From the IMG/VR virus record IMGVR_UViG_3300010043_000003, positions 1-51,612 of that record: a stretch of DNA of 51,612 bases. One strand, 5' to 3'. The stretch's first letter is position 1. Each line of letters opens with the position of its first letter. The DNA comes from a virus. Taxonomy: Duplodnaviria; Caudoviricetes. Below, in pieces: positions 22,772 through 32,221 of the stretch. A program made the position numbers and the translations under genes. The notes under the pieces were generated by a model that was given only the letters and a program-made list of their open reading frames with translations, did no database searches and was not told where the DNA came from.

Positions 22772-24507
22772 TATGGCTGTGGCGTGCGGGGCGCGGGTGG
22801 CTCCTGGACCTGCTCGGGATGCAGCCCCCTCTCAACGAAACCGCCCAGGCGGCCGAGCACATCCATCAACCGCGGCGGCGGTGTAATCGGCACGTGCGTC
22901 ACCCGCGGCGGCGGCGCGACGCGCGCCCGGTCGGCAGCAAGTTCGCCGTAGGTCGGCTGGTGATCCCACACGGTGCCGGTCACCGGGTCAACCAGCGAAC
23001 CGTCGGAGCGGCGCTGCAGATCGGTCGATGGAGCCGGCCGGCCGGCAGCCGGCGCCGCGCCGGCGGGCGCATTCATTCGCTCGATTGCCTGCTCGGCAGT
23101 CACACCGAGGTTTCCCCACCGTTCATTGAATGCATCGATGTGCTCTCTGTCGGGATTATCGTGCAGCCTTTGCAGCGCGACCCCCCACGCCTTAAACGAC
23201 CACGGCTTGCCATCAGGGCCATACGGCGGCGCGTGAACCAGAACATTCCATTCTCGCGCGTTGATGCCCGACGGGACGGCAGGGGTCTCCTGCTTGAGAA
23301 TTGCGTCGCGCGCCGCCTCGGGGGTGTCGGCAAACTGCGCGTCGATGTCCCGCTCCTTCTTCGGATAGGCCGCCTCCACCAGCTGCTGACGGAGCTTTTC
23401 GTCCATCAGGAACTCGTAAGGGCTCTTGCCCGGATTATCCTGCCTCCACTTGGAAAAGGCCTGAAGATAGACCGGCACGAAATCGCGCTCGTAGCGCAGC
23501 TCGCCCTTGTGGTCCTTGATCATGCCGCCCATCGCCTCGGGCCGCACCATCTCGTTATAGGAGGCCTTCAGCTTGGCAGTCTTGGTCTGCTCGATGCCGG
23601 CCTCATCGGGCTTCCTCATCTGGCCTAACAGCGCGATCAGGTCGTTCCTGCCCGCCCTGGTGAGCTGGTCGGTCGGTATCTCGAGGATCTGTTCGACACT
23701 GTTGATGTGATCCTCCGCCCCCGGCATCAGCCGCTGCCTGGCGTTATGGTAGCCGACCCCCATGCCGGCCTCCTGTTCCTCGCCGGAAATCTTGCCGACG
23801 TCCGTCAACAGCGTGTTCATCATCTGCCCGTACATGGAAAATGCCGGGTCGTTGATGATGCGTTTCGTCAGCTGCCCGTAGTCATAGCTGGGCAGGCGCT
23901 TTGCCTTCTCGATCTCGACCGAATAGTTGTGGAACGCGACCTCGGCCTGGTCCTTAAGAAATGCGTTTCTCCGACCGAGCGCGGCCTCCTCGGCGATCGA
24001 ATAGGCACGCTCGGTCTCGGCCCACTGCGTGATCTTCTCACGTATCCTGGCCTTCACGTCCGGCCGCAGGTTCTCAAACTCGGGACTGTTGAGCTTTTCG
24101 AGCATCAGGCCGCGGCCGACCTGCGGGATCTTGGACGCATCGAGGGTCGGCGACAGCACGCCGCCGCCGCCGCCGATCGGCTTGCCCTCCGCGTCCGTCA
24201 GGCCGCTGCGCATATCGATGTCGATCGAGTCGGGATTGACATAGATCGCACCGACACCCGGCAGCTTGCTGTAGCTATCGATCAGAAACTGCTTCTGTTC
24301 CTCGTTGAGGCCTTCGGTGCTTTGCCGCCCGGTAAAACCACGATAGGACGGCGTGACCGCGCCGGTCGCCCCCTCCTCGGGCGCTGTCGGCCCGCCGACC
24401 GCCGACACCGCAGGCGATGCGGTCGGCGAAACGGTCGGCGAAGCGGGCGGCGGGGGGTCCAGCACGAACCCTGGCGGCAGTGCCGGCAGACCAGGAGCGT
24501 CGGCCAT
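22771..24507 (-). CDS. internal virion (ejection) protein
   Basis: 578 aa, coupled to neighbours in the ejection cluster; LPPGFVLD N-terminal motif. Confidence 0.7.
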   Translation of the reverse strand: MADAPGLPALPPGFVLDPPPPASPTVSPTASPAVSAVGGPTAPEEGATGAVTPSYRGFTGRQSTEGLNEEQKQFLIDSYSKLPGVGAIYVNPDSIDIDMRSGLTDAEGKPIGGGGGVLSPTLDASKIPQVGRGLMLEKLNSPEFENLRPDVKARIREKITQWAETERAYSIAEEAALGRRNAFLKDQAEVAFHNYSVEIEKAKRLPSYDYGQLTKRIINDPAFSMYGQMMNTLLTDVGKISGEEQEAGMGVGYHNARQRLMPGAEDHINSVEQILEIPTDQLTRAGRNDLIALLGQMRKPDEAGIEQTKTAKLKASYNEMVRPEAMGGMIKDHKGELRYERDFVPVYLQAFSKWRQDNPGKSPYEFLMDEKLRQQLVEAAYPKKERDIDAQFADTPEAARDAILKQETPAVPSGINAREWNVLVHAPPYGPDGKPWSFKAWGVALQRLHDNPDREHIDAFNERWGNLGVTAEQAIERMNAPAGAAPAAGRPAPSTDLQRRSDGSLVDPVTGTVWDHQPTYGELAADRARVAPPPRVTHVPITPPPRLMDVLGRLGGFVERGLHPEQVQEPPAPRTPQP

Positions 24508-26162
24508 CAGCGGGCGGGCTCCCAGTCGGTGCCGGCGGCATTAAGCTGCATGCGTTCCCCGGTGGTCGGATTGGTAATTGTTGCGGTGCGCCTGGCGGCA
24601 AGCTCGCGATGCACCTCCGCCTGCTGGGCCTCGCGGAATCGCCGCGCAGCCTCATGGCCGCCGTGGCCGGCCCAGTCGTTGTAAACTTCGCGCTCACGGA
24701 TCACCCTGCCGCCGGAATGACCCGCGTTGGGATCGGTGGGCGAGCCCTGATCGGTGGCGCCGCCCAGCACATTGGAGCCGTGCCCCACTTCGGCGGTCAG
24801 GCGACGGTAGCGGGCAAATTCGGCGGGGTCGGCGCGCAGTTCCCGCAGCGCCTTTTGGAAACCGCCGTCGCGGATCGATCCGTAGAAATCCCGGGTGATC
24901 AGCGAAGCGAGCGACTGGCCGGTAAATTCGGCACGGTTGTAGAGACTCTCGATCGGGGCAATCGGATCGGCGGCGTTCTCCGACCTGCCGACCGCAGCGA
25001 CCCTCAATGCAAGCTCCGGGTCCCTGGCGACCTCGTCGGTCATCCGCGCCCGCTGCCTTTCGAGATAGGGGGAAAAGCCGACGGTCGGCGGTGTCGTGGT
25101 TCCGGCCAGCTCGGTCCGCCCGACGAAATCGCGGGACGTCACCGTCTCGTTGGCCGGGCTCGCTCCGCGAATCAATCCGCGCGTGCGCACACCGGGCGGG
25201 AGCGGCGTGATGTTCGGCGGGTCAAAACCGTACTTCTCGCGAAAACTCCGGCGCGCCGCAGCCCCCGCCGAGGCGGCACCGGCACCGAGATCGCGCACCT
25301 GAGGGGCAATAAGGCCCTTGATGTCCTTGAAAAACTGTTCGGCCTCCGCGTCGGAATGCGCGGCCTTGAGCCAGGTGTCGATCTCGGCCGTCGCCTTTTC
25401 ATCGATCCGCGGACGTATCTTCTGGAAATACTGATCGGCGGCATCGATCGCCGACTGACCGGGCGGCGGATGAAAGTAAGCCCCCTTCACCGCGTTGACG
25501 GCATAGAGCCCGGTCTTCGCCCTGGCGTAAGTCTCGGCCTGATCGCCGTAGATCCCTTGAGAAAACGCCTCGTTCACCGCCTCCTGAAACGAGCTGTCGA
25601 TGCTGTCGAGACTGGCCGGGATATTGCCGTTGATGATGTAGTTGATCGAATCATTGCCGTGCTTCGCCTGATTCAATTCGGCCGTGGTCTTCTGGTAGGT
25701 CTTCTCCTGATTGGCGAGGTGCCGGTAGGCCATCTCGTCGTTGGCGGCCATGGTACGCCGCAACTCGTTCGCGACCATCATCCGCTGCATCGGATTGGTG
25801 GTCTGCGACAGGATGCCGTTGTAGATGTCCTGATTGTTCTGGAAATACTGCTTCTTGCCATATTCGAGAGCTTCCGATCCCGACAGGCTCAGAAGCTTGG
25901 CATTATTCTGGCCAATCGCGTCGGCACCCCTCAGATAGAAATCGGCGGCGCGCGTCTTGTTCTCGATCTCGGCCTGCTTCTCCAGATAGCCGAACATCGC
26001 CTGCGAGCCGGCCTCGAGGCCTCGCCCCATCTGGCCGAATGCCCGTCCGATCGCCTCGCCGGCCTCCTTGATCGGCGCGGCCGAGATGCCCGGCATCGGG
26101 CCGAAGCCGCCGATCGGCGCCTCCCGCTGCGGGACGTTCAGTTCGATCGGAAAGCCGGCCAT
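24507..26162 (-). CDS. internal virion protein with a C-terminal cell-wall hydrolase (SleB-like) domain
   Basis: Helical N-terminal half; RSEN...ESLYNRA...GSNVLGGATD resembles the Hydrolase_2 pattern. Confidence 0.65.
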   Translation of the reverse strand: MAGFPIELNVPQREAPIGGFGPMPGISAAPIKEAGEAIGRAFGQMGRGLEAGSQAMFGYLEKQAEIENKTRAADFYLRGADAIGQNNAKLLSLSGSEALEYGKKQYFQNNQDIYNGILSQTTNPMQRMMVANELRRTMAANDEMAYRHLANQEKTYQKTTAELNQAKHGNDSINYIINGNIPASLDSIDSSFQEAVNEAFSQGIYGDQAETYARAKTGLYAVNAVKGAYFHPPPGQSAIDAADQYFQKIRPRIDEKATAEIDTWLKAAHSDAEAEQFFKDIKGLIAPQVRDLGAGAASAGAAARRSFREKYGFDPPNITPLPPGVRTRGLIRGASPANETVTSRDFVGRTELAGTTTPPTVGFSPYLERQRARMTDEVARDPELALRVAAVGRSENAADPIAPIESLYNRAEFTGQSLASLITRDFYGSIRDGGFQKALRELRADPAEFARYRRLTAEVGHGSNVLGGATDQGSPTDPNAGHSGGRVIREREVYNDWAGHGGHEAARRFREAQQAEVHRELAARRTATITNPTTGERMQLNAAGTDWEPAR

Positions 26163-26166
26163 CGGA

Positions 26167-26685
26167 CTAGGTCGCGAGACTCAGCGCGGCCGCCGAACCA
26201 AGCGTCGAGGCCGCGCCACTCAGTCCGGCCCCCAGGGCGGCGATCGGCGCCATCGACGAGTAGGCGCTCGACAGGTAGCTCTGCAGGCCCGCCTCTCCCT
26301 TCGCCGTCGTCTGGCGCTCCTTCTCGGCCATGACCTGCTGGGCTTCCTCCATCGCGATGGTCTGCCGGTCGATCCCCGCCATCATCTTGCCGCCGATCTT
26401 GACCTGCTGGGCCGAACCGGTGCCGGTCGTCACACCGTGCGAGGCGAGGCCTGCCTGCTCGCCGGCAATCAGGCTGCGGTATTTGAGATCGCTCGCAAAC
26501 GCCCGCTGCTGCGCACCGGCGCTGGTCTGCGTCATGTTCAGGCCTTCCATCTTGGCCTGGTTCTCGTAGACCTGCGCCTGATAAGCGGCCGCCTGCGACT
26601 GCATCTGATAGTTCGAATAGGTACCGAAGGCGTTGAGGCCCGCGCCTGCGAGTCCCGCTCCGACGGCAATGGCCGGCAGACCCAT
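26167..26685 (-). CDS. internal virion protein (T7 gp14-like)
   Basis: MGLPAIAVGAGLAGAG...QQAGLASHGV-type TGTGSA Ala/Gly/Gln-rich sequence in the canonical position. Confidence 0.7.
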   Translation of the reverse strand: MGLPAIAVGAGLAGAGLNAFGTYSNYQMQSQAAAYQAQVYENQAKMEGLNMTQTSAGAQQRAFASDLKYRSLIAGEQAGLASHGVTTGTGSAQQVKIGGKMMAGIDRQTIAMEEAQQVMAEKERQTTAKGEAGLQSYLSSAYSSMAPIAALGAGLSGAASTLGSAAALSLAT

Positions 26686-27290
26686 CAGGCGACCTCCGGT
26701 CCTGCCGGCACCGGCCCGCGTATGGACACCGGCGGAAACAGGTAGGGCTGCATGCGCTTGAGATTCGCATAGGCGAGCGTCACGCATTTCGCCTGATGAC
26801 GGGCATCCGCATAAGCCGAATGGGCAACGCCGTCGCGCGCGATGTTCCTCGGGTTGACCTTGCCGATATCCCAGACGGTGCGGGTGTCGCGGACGTTCCA
26901 GTATTTCCAGGGAACCGTGGAATGAACCTTTTCGGCCGCGACGCGCCAGATCGGCTCGTCGAAGGCAGCGCCGTTGCACCACAGATAGACGCCGCCGACG
27001 CGCCGCCACCAGGCGTGAAACTCGGTCGCCACCACGAACAGCGAATAGGGCTCGGTGAGGAGCCTCGCGCGGGCCTCCTCCGACTGACGCTCCCACCAGG
27101 CGAGCGTATCCGGCTCGGCGGTAAGGCCGTGGCCCTCGCACGAGGAGCGCTCGATGTTGAGGTTGAAGCTGCGACCGATCCACGGCGCCTGCGGATCGTC
27201 GTGCGGATCGAAGGTACAGGCGCCGACGCTCAGGACCACGCATCCCGGCATGGTACCGAGCGTCTCCAGGTCCAGCATGACGTGAGTCAT
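26685..27290 (-). CDS. DEDDh 3'-5' exonuclease (Rv2179c/DUF5051-like)
   Basis: HVMLDLETLG, WCNGAAFD, WNVRDTRT, HSAYADARHQA. Confidence 0.9.
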   Translation of the reverse strand: MTHVMLDLETLGTMPGCVVLSVGACTFDPHDDPQAPWIGRSFNLNIERSSCEGHGLTAEPDTLAWWERQSEEARARLLTEPYSLFVVATEFHAWWRRVGGVYLWCNGAAFDEPIWRVAAEKVHSTVPWKYWNVRDTRTVWDIGKVNPRNIARDGVAHSAYADARHQAKCVTLAYANLKRMQPYLFPPVSIRGPVPAGPEVA

Positions 27291-27292
27291 TG

Positions 27293-27784
27293 TTATTTTC
27301 TCCGCTCTGGCATGCGCCAACCGCGCATAGTGCGCTCCATCGAAAACGGATGAAATCTACCGGTCGGACAAGTGACGAATTCGGGTTCAACGGTGAAGCC
27401 GATCAGGCCGAGAAAGCGCTGCGCCGCCTGATAATTCACGTCGACCGTACCCTCGACGCGGTCGTGGTGGTCGAGCATCGAGCGTGCCTCGCGCCTTGCC
27501 TCGCGAATAAAGGCGAGCGGCAGCCGCTCGATTACCGGCGCCGTCATCAGCCACGCCTGGGCGGTATGGCCGATCGCAGTGCCGCAGATGCCCCACATGG
27601 CGGCGATGTTGCCGTCGATCAGGGCGGTGCGGCGCCAGGCCGAGGCGTAAAAGCTCCTGCGCAGGCCTTTGGCGGGAGTGATGCCGTAGGCCTCACACTC
27701 GCAGCGATCGGCGTCCCTGAGCGTTTGGGCAAGCCAGTAGACATCGGCAATCTCGGCGTCGCGGATCAGGTAGGAATGGTTCAC
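27293..27784 (-). CDS. T7 gp13-like / GNAT-fold virion assembly protein
   Basis: LRDADRCECEA...AMWG...AWLMT...VDVNYQAAQRFLGLIGF, located after tail tube B. Confidence 0.7.
   Translation of the reverse strand: MNHSYLIRDAEIADVYWLAQTLRDADRCECEAYGITPAKGLRRSFYASAWRRTALIDGNIAAMWGICGTAIGHTAQAWLMTAPVIERLPLAFIREARREARSMLDHHDRVEGTVDVNYQAAQRFLGLIGFTVEPEFVTCPTGRFHPFSMERTMRGWRMPERRK
27297..27324 (-). repeat. late repeat motif GCGGTTGGCGYATGCCAGAGCG(G)AGAAA, copy 1
   Basis: Directly upstream of the exonuclease ATG. Confidence 0.85.
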
Positions 27785-27921
27785 GACTTTTCCCGGCGGT
27801 CGAGGCGCTCGGCCGCGACCCGCAGGATCTCCGGCTCGCGGTGCTCGCCGATCAGCAACAGCTCGTAGCGCAGCTTATCGGCGATCTCGCGCAGCGCCGC
27901 CGCCAGCTGGGCATCGCTCAT
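27781..27921 (-). CDS. 46-aa hypothetical protein
   Basis: MSDAQLAAALREIADKLRYELLLIGEHREPEILRVAAERLDRREKS; GTGA-coupled to the next gene; fills the gap. Confidence 0.45.
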   Translation of the reverse strand: MSDAQLAAALREIADKLRYELLLIGEHREPEILRVAAERLDRREKS

Positions 27922-28000
27922 CCTGTGCTCGTCCGCCGTGATGGCTTTGACGCCGGCGAGCTCGCGCAGGACCTGCGCGAGCTCGCGGATCGAAGGGCGC

Positions 28001-28351
28001 TCACCCGCCGTGGTGAAGCCTTTCCTTGAGCGCGTACCCCATTAACGGCCAGCACTGCCGCACCGCGTCCTCGTAGGCGAATTTCTTACCGAGGTCGCTG
28101 GAGAAATTCCGCGGGCTGACCGGCGCCGATTTGCCGATGACGACGAAGCCGTTCTTCATCACCAGGATGCAGAGCGTCACCAGGTTGAGCGGATGCTCGG
28201 CCGGAACCGCAACCGAGGCGGTGGCGATCGCCTGCCCGGCAGTCACAAAATGCTGCTCGAGAATGTTGTCGCGGATGTCGTCGAGCGACACCCTCAGCGC
28301 CTTCGCGTTGGCAGCACCCGCCGCCTCGGTCTCTTCCAAATCCATATCCAT
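28001..28351 (-). CDS. N4 Gp49/Sf6 gp66 family protein (Acb4-type nucleotide sponge candidate)
   Basis: TLCILVMKNGFVVIGKSAPVSPRNF...GKKFAYEDAVRQCWPLMGYALKE, the signature of Phage_gp49_66. Confidence 0.85.
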   Translation of the reverse strand: MDMDLEETEAAGAANAKALRVSLDDIRDNILEQHFVTAGQAIATASVAVPAEHPLNLVTLCILVMKNGFVVIGKSAPVSPRNFSSDLGKKFAYEDAVRQCWPLMGYALKERLHHGG

Positions 28352-28360
28352 AGAGCCTCC

Positions 28361-31300
28361 TCATCCCGGCGTGTCGCCGGCTTCGAACGTCGGTATCAAT
28401 GCGGTGATGTTCATCGGCAAGGGCAGTCGCTGCTGCGCCGCCACCATGCCGGGGGACGCTTCCCAACCGTTCCAGTTCTGCCAGTCGTCATCGACCGGCT
28501 GGAACTTGTCGCCGGAGAAGAGCGGCAGCGCCGCGGCCGGAATATTGGCGTTGGGCACCTCCGGCACGTCGACCATGTGCGACCACGGGATTTCGGCCTG
28601 GAAATCGACCGACGACGGCACCGGCTGATTGGCGCCGATCTGGATGCCGCGGGTTTTCTCCATCCGCACCGTCATGCCGTTGATGCGCTTGCGCTTGCCC
28701 TGGATGGTGCCCTGTGACGGCTCCTCGAGGTGCAGGGCCTGCAGCTGCGCCGTGAAGCCCAATCCGACCTTGATGCTCGAGGCCGGCGCCGGGAGCGTGA
28801 TGCGACCGTTGACGACCGGCATCGGCGAGATCACTTCGCCGTCAGCAAGCCCCGTCACCGTGAAGCCTTCGAGGTGCTCGAGGCCGGTGATGACGGTGAC
28901 CGGCGTGGTCATCGTCCATTCGCCGGCAGCGGCCGGCACCGGCAGCCGGTTCGGATCGTTCGGCACGACCTTGACGATCGGCACCGTGATGGCAGCCTCG
29001 ACCCGAATGGTCGACTGCACGCTCGTCACCTTCGCCTGGCCGCCGCCGACGCGGATGATGTCGCCGACATTGGCGGCAGAGAAAATCTCGGCCGAGGCGG
29101 TGAACAAAACGTTTTGCGAGATGAACGGCACGAAGGTAGCACCGTCGCCGATGGCGTCCGAGATCACGATCCGGGTAGCCGGCGAGTAGCCGTGGCCGGT
29201 ATTGAAGATAGAAAAGCCGGTAATGACGCCGTCGGTGACGGTGAGCGTCATCACGAAGCCTGCGCCCTTGCCGGTCGGATCGACGGCATTCACGACGGGC
29301 CGCTTGTAGCCCTTGCCGCCGGTCGCCAGGTAGCCGCCGACAATGGTCCCTGGTCCTTCCGCGGCCGCGGCCGCGAGCGCCGCGACAGGTTCCCGCTGGG
29401 TCAGCTCGAGGCCGCAGTCGATACACCACGCCGCTTCCGGGTTGTCCCAGAAATGGTTGTCCATCCGCTCGATCATGTAGGCCCAGCGGTTGACGCCGGG
29501 CACGAAGCGCTGCACCACGAAATACGACACATCGACCGGCGGCTCGGTGGCGACCGCGGTACGCATGAACAAGCCGTTGGTGTCGTGACGCGCCCAGCCG
29601 GCGAGCTGCAATTCCTTGTCGTAGGTGAGCGACAGCAGCTTGCCGTCCGAGCGACAGGTCCACACGATCTGCCACGGCACCCGCGACCACGACCACGAAG
29701 TAATGGTGAAACCCTCGAATAAATGGTTTGACAAAATACTTAAATCCTGGCCGGCATAAATGTTGGTGAAGAAGTTATAGGCGATATCACGAACGGTATA
29801 ACCTAATTCCTGGACAAATAATAAATCGTAGTTTGCGCGGATCGGCGGCACGATCGGCGTGAAGCCGTTACTCTCCTGCGGGATGGCCGATTCGGAGGCC
29901 GGCGTCAGCGGCGAGTACTGGCCGCCCGCGCCCGATACCTGCCAGACGTCGAGGCCTGTCGCGACCAGCAGGCCGCCGGGACCGCCCTGCACCATCCACT
30001 GGATGGTATTAACCTGCTGTCCCCACGGCGTCATGATGATCGCGTCGGTATCGATCGGCGGCATCGACGCATCCATATTGAGAAATGCGCCGGTCTGACT
30101 GAACCACAGCGTGTCCGGATTGTTGAGCGTCGCGGCGTAAACTCTCCTCGACTGAAAATACCCGGGCACGCCCGGCCAGGTGCCGGTCTGCGGTCCGATC
30201 GTCAGGGTGGCAGTTGCGCCCGAACCTTGCCCGCTGATCGTGATCGTATCGCCCGCCTGATAGCCGCCCCCGGCGTCCTGAACGATATAGCCGACGACGC
30301 CGCCGGCGGGGCCGGTGGCGCCCGGCTGCACCACCGGCAGGATCACCGCGCCGGAGCCGGTCGGCGAATTGATGGTGACGGTGGTGGTCTGCTGCATATA
30401 GCCGTCGCCCTGCGCGGTCGGCGCGACGTACTGAATCTGACCGCGGGCAAACGGGTTGAGATGCAATGGCGGCGTCGTCGTCCAGTCGGGAAAGATATTC
30501 TGATCCATGAACTGGTTGCCGAACGCACTGCCGACATAGCCGAAGGCCGAGCCGATCGGCACCGACGCATTGGGCGGCAGGTTGGTCCCCGACGGGCCGG
30601 TATTCCAGATCGTCGCCGGCGCCCGGTAGATGTTGTAGGAGACCGCGCCGGTCACGGGCGACCACGCCACCAGCACGCCGCCCGCCGTCACCGACATGTC
30701 GACCGAGCCGGTCTGGTCGTCCATCGGTGTGTAGGCAATCGGCGAGGCAATCGACTCCTCGCCGTTGGCGTCGACCGCGGTCACGACATAGGCATACTGC
30801 GCCGCCGGCACGAAATGATCGCCGTTGTCGGCACCCGATATCGAGGTGGTCGGCGCCACGCCGAGGCTCGCGGGCGGCCCGATCGCCGAGGCGAAATCGG
30901 TGATCTGATAGACCCAGTTGTCGGGAGCATGCCGCGCCAGGTCGGCCGGCGGATACTCGGTGCCGTCGGCCTGATTGACGCAGCACAACGTCATCACGTC
31001 GGCCGACTGCACGTATTTTAAGAACGGCAAATCTTTCAATTGGTACGGCACCTGCCGGTTTTCATAGATATTCGCGACCGTCCCGCCGCCCGCATAGGCC
31101 GGCAGTCCGGTGGCATCGACCGGAATCCCCCACATGTTGCTCAGCGTAACGACATCGCCTGCGACCGCGGCGACGATAAAGGTGCGGCCGTCGAGCTCGG
31201 TCATGCCGGCCAAGCCGGAAACGAAAACGTTAGCCCCGACCGTGAAAGTGTTGCCCGGCACCGTGACGGTGAGCGGGTTGGTGTTGGTCGCGCCGGTCAC

Positions 31301-32218
31301 GGCGAGCGGCGCGTTGGTCACATAGCCGCCGTTGGCGATCACCCGCATGTAGGGACCGATCGCATCGACACCGAACTCCAAAACGTATGACTGGTAGATG
31401 TTGAACTGGAAGCGCACCAGGACCGGCGGCAGGGCGGCCTGCGGATGCGGGCCCGGCGCCGGCGGCGGAGGGCCAGGCGGAGGCGGAGGAGGAGGCGGAG
31501 GAGGCGGAGGCGGCGGAGTAGCGTCGAACACCACATCGATGCCGTACCAATCATCGCGGAGCACTCCGATCGGCGGCAGGAAAGCGGGCGCGGAGAAACT
31601 GCCTCGCAGGCCGGTCAGCGGCCCGTTGGTGGTCGGCAGCACGCCCGGCGAATGCATCAGGCTGCCGGTGGCCGGAAAAAAGCCGGCGATGTAGACGGTA
31701 CCGGCAGTGATTGCCACCGGAGTGATCGGCACCGTGATCCAGCCCGCGTCGCCGGGCGGATAGCCGGCCTGGGCCAGCTGAGCGCCGGTAGCATCCCACA
31801 GGCCGACTACCCCGCCAGCCCCGTTGGTGCCGGCCGGCCCCGCATAGACCATGATGGCGCTGACGTGACCGTCGACCGTGGAGTCGAACCACAGGCCGTA
31901 GGTCGAAGGCGCGGCGAAGATCGGCGCCAGCGGCACGGTGCCGGGCGGAAAGATGCCGCTCGAGGCGCGCGGCGCGGCGGCACGCGCACCGACCAGAGCA
32001 CCGACCGGCGCCGACGGCGCTCCGCCGGCGCCGACCGGCGTCGGTGACAGGCCAACGAACTTCGTGCCTGCGCGCGAGCTGGCAGGGCCGCGGCGGCTGA
32101 CGAAGCAGTTGCGCATCACCGAAGCGCCCTGCTGCACGGCCTGGGCGGTGACGCGGCCCCACACCGACGGCGCGAGCTCGCCCGACGAGAACGACGACTT
32201 GAGGAGGGTGACGGTCAC
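28361..32218 (-). CDS. tail tubular protein B (nozzle) with inserted domains
   Basis: SFSSGELAPSVWGR...RAGTKFV, YVQSADVM, WPGVPGYFQSR, GWARHDT, GLEHLEG; N-terminal DUF4082-like insert and a poly-Pro linker. Confidence 0.85.
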   Translation of the reverse strand: MTVTLLKSSFSSGELAPSVWGRVTAQAVQQGASVMRNCFVSRRGPASSRAGTKFVGLSPTPVGAGGAPSAPVGALVGARAAAPRASSGIFPPGTVPLAPIFAAPSTYGLWFDSTVDGHVSAIMVYAGPAGTNGAGGVVGLWDATGAQLAQAGYPPGDAGWITVPITPVAITAGTVYIAGFFPATGSLMHSPGVLPTTNGPLTGLRGSFSAPAFLPPIGVLRDDWYGIDVVFDATPPPPPPPPPPPPPPGPPPPAPGPHPQAALPPVLVRFQFNIYQSYVLEFGVDAIGPYMRVIANGGYVTNAPLAVTGATNTNPLTVTVPGNTFTVGANVFVSGLAGMTELDGRTFIVAAVAGDVVTLSNMWGIPVDATGLPAYAGGGTVANIYENRQVPYQLKDLPFLKYVQSADVMTLCCVNQADGTEYPPADLARHAPDNWVYQITDFASAIGPPASLGVAPTTSISGADNGDHFVPAAQYAYVVTAVDANGEESIASPIAYTPMDDQTGSVDMSVTAGGVLVAWSPVTGAVSYNIYRAPATIWNTGPSGTNLPPNASVPIGSAFGYVGSAFGNQFMDQNIFPDWTTTPPLHLNPFARGQIQYVAPTAQGDGYMQQTTTVTINSPTGSGAVILPVVQPGATGPAGGVVGYIVQDAGGGYQAGDTITISGQGSGATATLTIGPQTGTWPGVPGYFQSRRVYAATLNNPDTLWFSQTGAFLNMDASMPPIDTDAIIMTPWGQQVNTIQWMVQGGPGGLLVATGLDVWQVSGAGGQYSPLTPASESAIPQESNGFTPIVPPIRANYDLLFVQELGYTVRDIAYNFFTNIYAGQDLSILSNHLFEGFTITSWSWSRVPWQIVWTCRSDGKLLSLTYDKELQLAGWARHDTNGLFMRTAVATEPPVDVSYFVVQRFVPGVNRWAYMIERMDNHFWDNPEAAWCIDCGLELTQREPVAALAAAAAEGPGTIVGGYLATGGKGYKRPVVNAVDPTGKGAGFVMTLTVTDGVITGFSIFNTGHGYSPATRIVISDAIGDGATFVPFISQNVLFTASAEIFSAANVGDIIRVGGGQAKVTSVQSTIRVEAAITVPIVKVVPNDPNRLPVPAAAGEWTMTTPVTVITGLEHLEGFTVTGLADGEVISPMPVVNGRITLPAPASSIKVGLGFTAQLQALHLEEPSQGTIQGKRKRINGMTVRMEKTRGIQIGANQPVPSSVDFQAEIPWSHMVDVPEVPNANIPAAALPLFSGDKFQPVDDDWQNWNGWEASPGMVAAQQRLPLPMNITALIPTFEAGDTPG

Positions 32219-32221
32219 GGC

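Noticed and set aside
20282-26333. Long plus-strand ORFs (650 aa, 638 aa and similar ones elsewhere)
   Set aside because: Antisense shadows of high-GC3 genes, with no SD or recognisable motifs.
27922-28004. Programmed frameshift extending the 46-aa ORF from a GTG at 28004
   Set aside because: The upstream frame looks coding (IRELAQVLRELAG) but there is no canonical slippery heptamer; more likely decay or chance.
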